From Nemertoderma westbladi (Eukaryota > Animalia > Xenacoelomorpha): a stretch of 52,670 nt of DNA. The notes under the pieces are model-generated. The model ran no database searches, was not told the DNA's origin, and saw only the letters and a program-made list of their open reading frames with translations. The stretch spans positions 1 through 52,670 of the forward strand of contig JAUCBJ010006512.1 in assembly GCA_032718475.1 (NCBI GenBank), given 5' to 3'. The position numbers and the translations under genes are program-made. Positions 50,824-52,670 of the stretch are shown in pieces. The stretch's first letter is position 1. Every line of letters starts with the position of its first letter.

Positions 50824-51672
50824 GACTGTGGTGTTCAGAAGGAAATCGGACGTGCGTTGGATGTCCTGGAATGGAGTCTACCGACCAACTTGCAGGGTGA
50901 GGCTGCCCCTCTTGCCTCTGCAGCTCTGATCCTGGGCGGTGGAGACTGTCGCTGATGGCGGCGGAAACGGGAAGCGGGCAGCCGGGGCATTCTGTATCCC
51001 GATACTACAGCTGGTCCATGAAACTCTACGGTACAAACTCCGAGATGGAAAACTCGATGGGAAATCGGGGGGAAGAACTAGGCCTACGAAATTTCAGTTG
51101 AACCCATTCGATAGAGCGATAGAGGTGACCAGTTGGCCATCTCCCGGCGGCAGGACGGATTGCTGTGTCATGCGCGTGACCAGAGGAGTTGGCACGGTCA
51201 CCCGGACGACTAAAGGAATAGTCGGATCCGGTCGTTACTATTCAGCTATTACGAGGCGACGGTAAAGGACGAGGTGCGAGGGGCCATGTCGGGTTGGTTG
51301 GAGCACCGGAAGCGCGACACTCGATATCGGGACTGATAAAAATAGTTTTGGCTTCGGAGGAAACGGTAAGAAGTGCTTCAGGCGGCGTTTTGACGACTAT
51401 CAGACTATGGACAACCATACGGACTAGGCGGCGTGATCGGTTATCGGATCGATCTGGATGTGGGCACAATTGGGTACCGGTACAGTAAAAACGGAAGTGA
51501 TCTCGGGAAAGCTTTCGAGATTCCCGCTAATTTACGCAAACTCCCGTTATTCCTGTATTCCCGCAGTCTGTCTGTATCTTTAAAGAATGCTGAAATTATG
51601 TTTATTTTCGCCGAATTTATCCGTTTATCTGCGCATCTTCTTTCCGGGTACACCATTGTATCCCGGGCGCCG
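50824..51672 (+). pseudogene. DDX1: Intronless, frameshifted DDX1 (DEAD-box + SPRY) N-terminal fragment
   Basis: [114 protein letters not shown], all collinear with DDX1. Confidence 0.88.
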
Positions 51673-51845
51673 TTTTGTACCTACAATGTACCAAGTTGTG
51701 TACCTTTTGTACTTATTTGTACCAAGTTGTGTACCTTTTACTATATGTACCAAGTTGTGTACCTTTTACACCTACTATGTACCAAGTTGCGTACATTTTG
51801 TACCTATTATGTAACAGTTGTGTACGGTCTTGTACCTATTTATGT
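51673..51845. repeat. ~30-bp tandem repeat (TGTACCAAGTTGTGTACCTTTT...) truncating the DDX1 fragment
   Basis: About 5 diverged copies. Confidence 0.8.
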
Positions 51846-52670
51846 TTCCTAAAGTAAAGATGTGTAATCTGATTATTATTATGATTGCTACATAACATGG
51901 TATAGAGACTATCTTATCTTATAACCGTTATCAACAGTGTTGTAGTCATAATTTGCAACGTTTCATTGAAATAATCACTTGAAATATTCGAATACATTCT
52001 ACCCATAATAATTAATACTAATTATTGTAAAACTATTTTTCTATGCGGAAATCCAGACTGAAAGTCTCTCTCTTGATATCTGTTGTTCCTTTGCGTCAAT
52101 ATTAATTAGAGTGTATTTAACAAATTTATTGTATCCGTTGAAATGTATTTGTTAAACAATAATTTAGTTGTCATGATTTTTAAGTAAGATTAGGTTAATT
52201 AAAGCCTTTATAAAATTATTATTATTATCCTGGGGGAAACTTTACAGCTTTATCGAAACTCTATAGCTCCATGGTAAGTATAGCTCCACGAAACTCTATG
52301 GGGGGGGGGGGGGGGGGGGGGTAGTATACTCCAGGTATTAAACTAAACTGAACCTTTTCTTATATATGACGGACAGATTGTCGGATAGTCAGAAAGACCA
52401 AATTTAATATACTATCTAGTTAAGTTTTTGAATTTATTTTTTGAAATATACCAGAACATGACTAGCTATTTTATTTTTAAAAAATAATGTTCTAGAACGA
52501 ATATTTTTTGAAATATTTAAAAAATTATCAAACACTAATTAGTATAAACAATTTCGTGGGAGGGTGTACGACGTACCTCCAGTCCCCCTCCCTCCTCCAA
52601 GCCAATTACTAGCTTTACCTGTAGCATCGACGTAGGGAGCATCTGGAGTGGGGTAGGGCACATTTTTGAA

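Noticed and set aside
5567-51672. DGCR8 plus DDX1 as a functional Microprocessor gene cluster
   Set aside because: They are 44 kb apart, on opposite strands, separated by the host exon, and the DDX1 copy is a broken fragment.
9793-52321. Poly-G/poly-C tracts near 9793, 10265, 48833 and 52300
   Set aside because: Isolated homopolymers within TE-like DNA, of unreliable length; no further structure supports a function.

Overview
AT-rich animal (metazoan) genomic window, dominated by mobile DNA. (1) Last three coding exons of a synaptotagmin-like (SYTL4/5, bitesize-type) C2B gene on + (606-787, 1185-1396, 12086-12297). (2) Its 10.7 kb last intron holds two intronless antisense ORFs: an RNF8-like RING protein inside a TIR element, and a full-domain DGCR8/Pasha homolog. 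(3) An IS3EU-type DNA transposon with an asymmetrically expanded 22-bp subterminal array. (4) A ~15 kb 48-bp satellite split by a young BEL/Pao LTR retrotransposon (29650-43307, minus strand, 5-bp TSD ATAAT). Its 5' LTR carries a nested 8-bp-TSD DNA transposon, which itself contains a CR1-like LINE fragment. (5) Several MITEs and a frameshifted DDX1 fragment. Most striking: the BEL/Pao element has no tRNA primer-binding site. The 14 nt next to the 5' LTR are instead a perfect reverse complement of a 14-mer inside the LTR, a Tf1-like self-priming layout, and the LTR termini are TA...TA rather than TG...CA. All calls were made by eye, without database searches.
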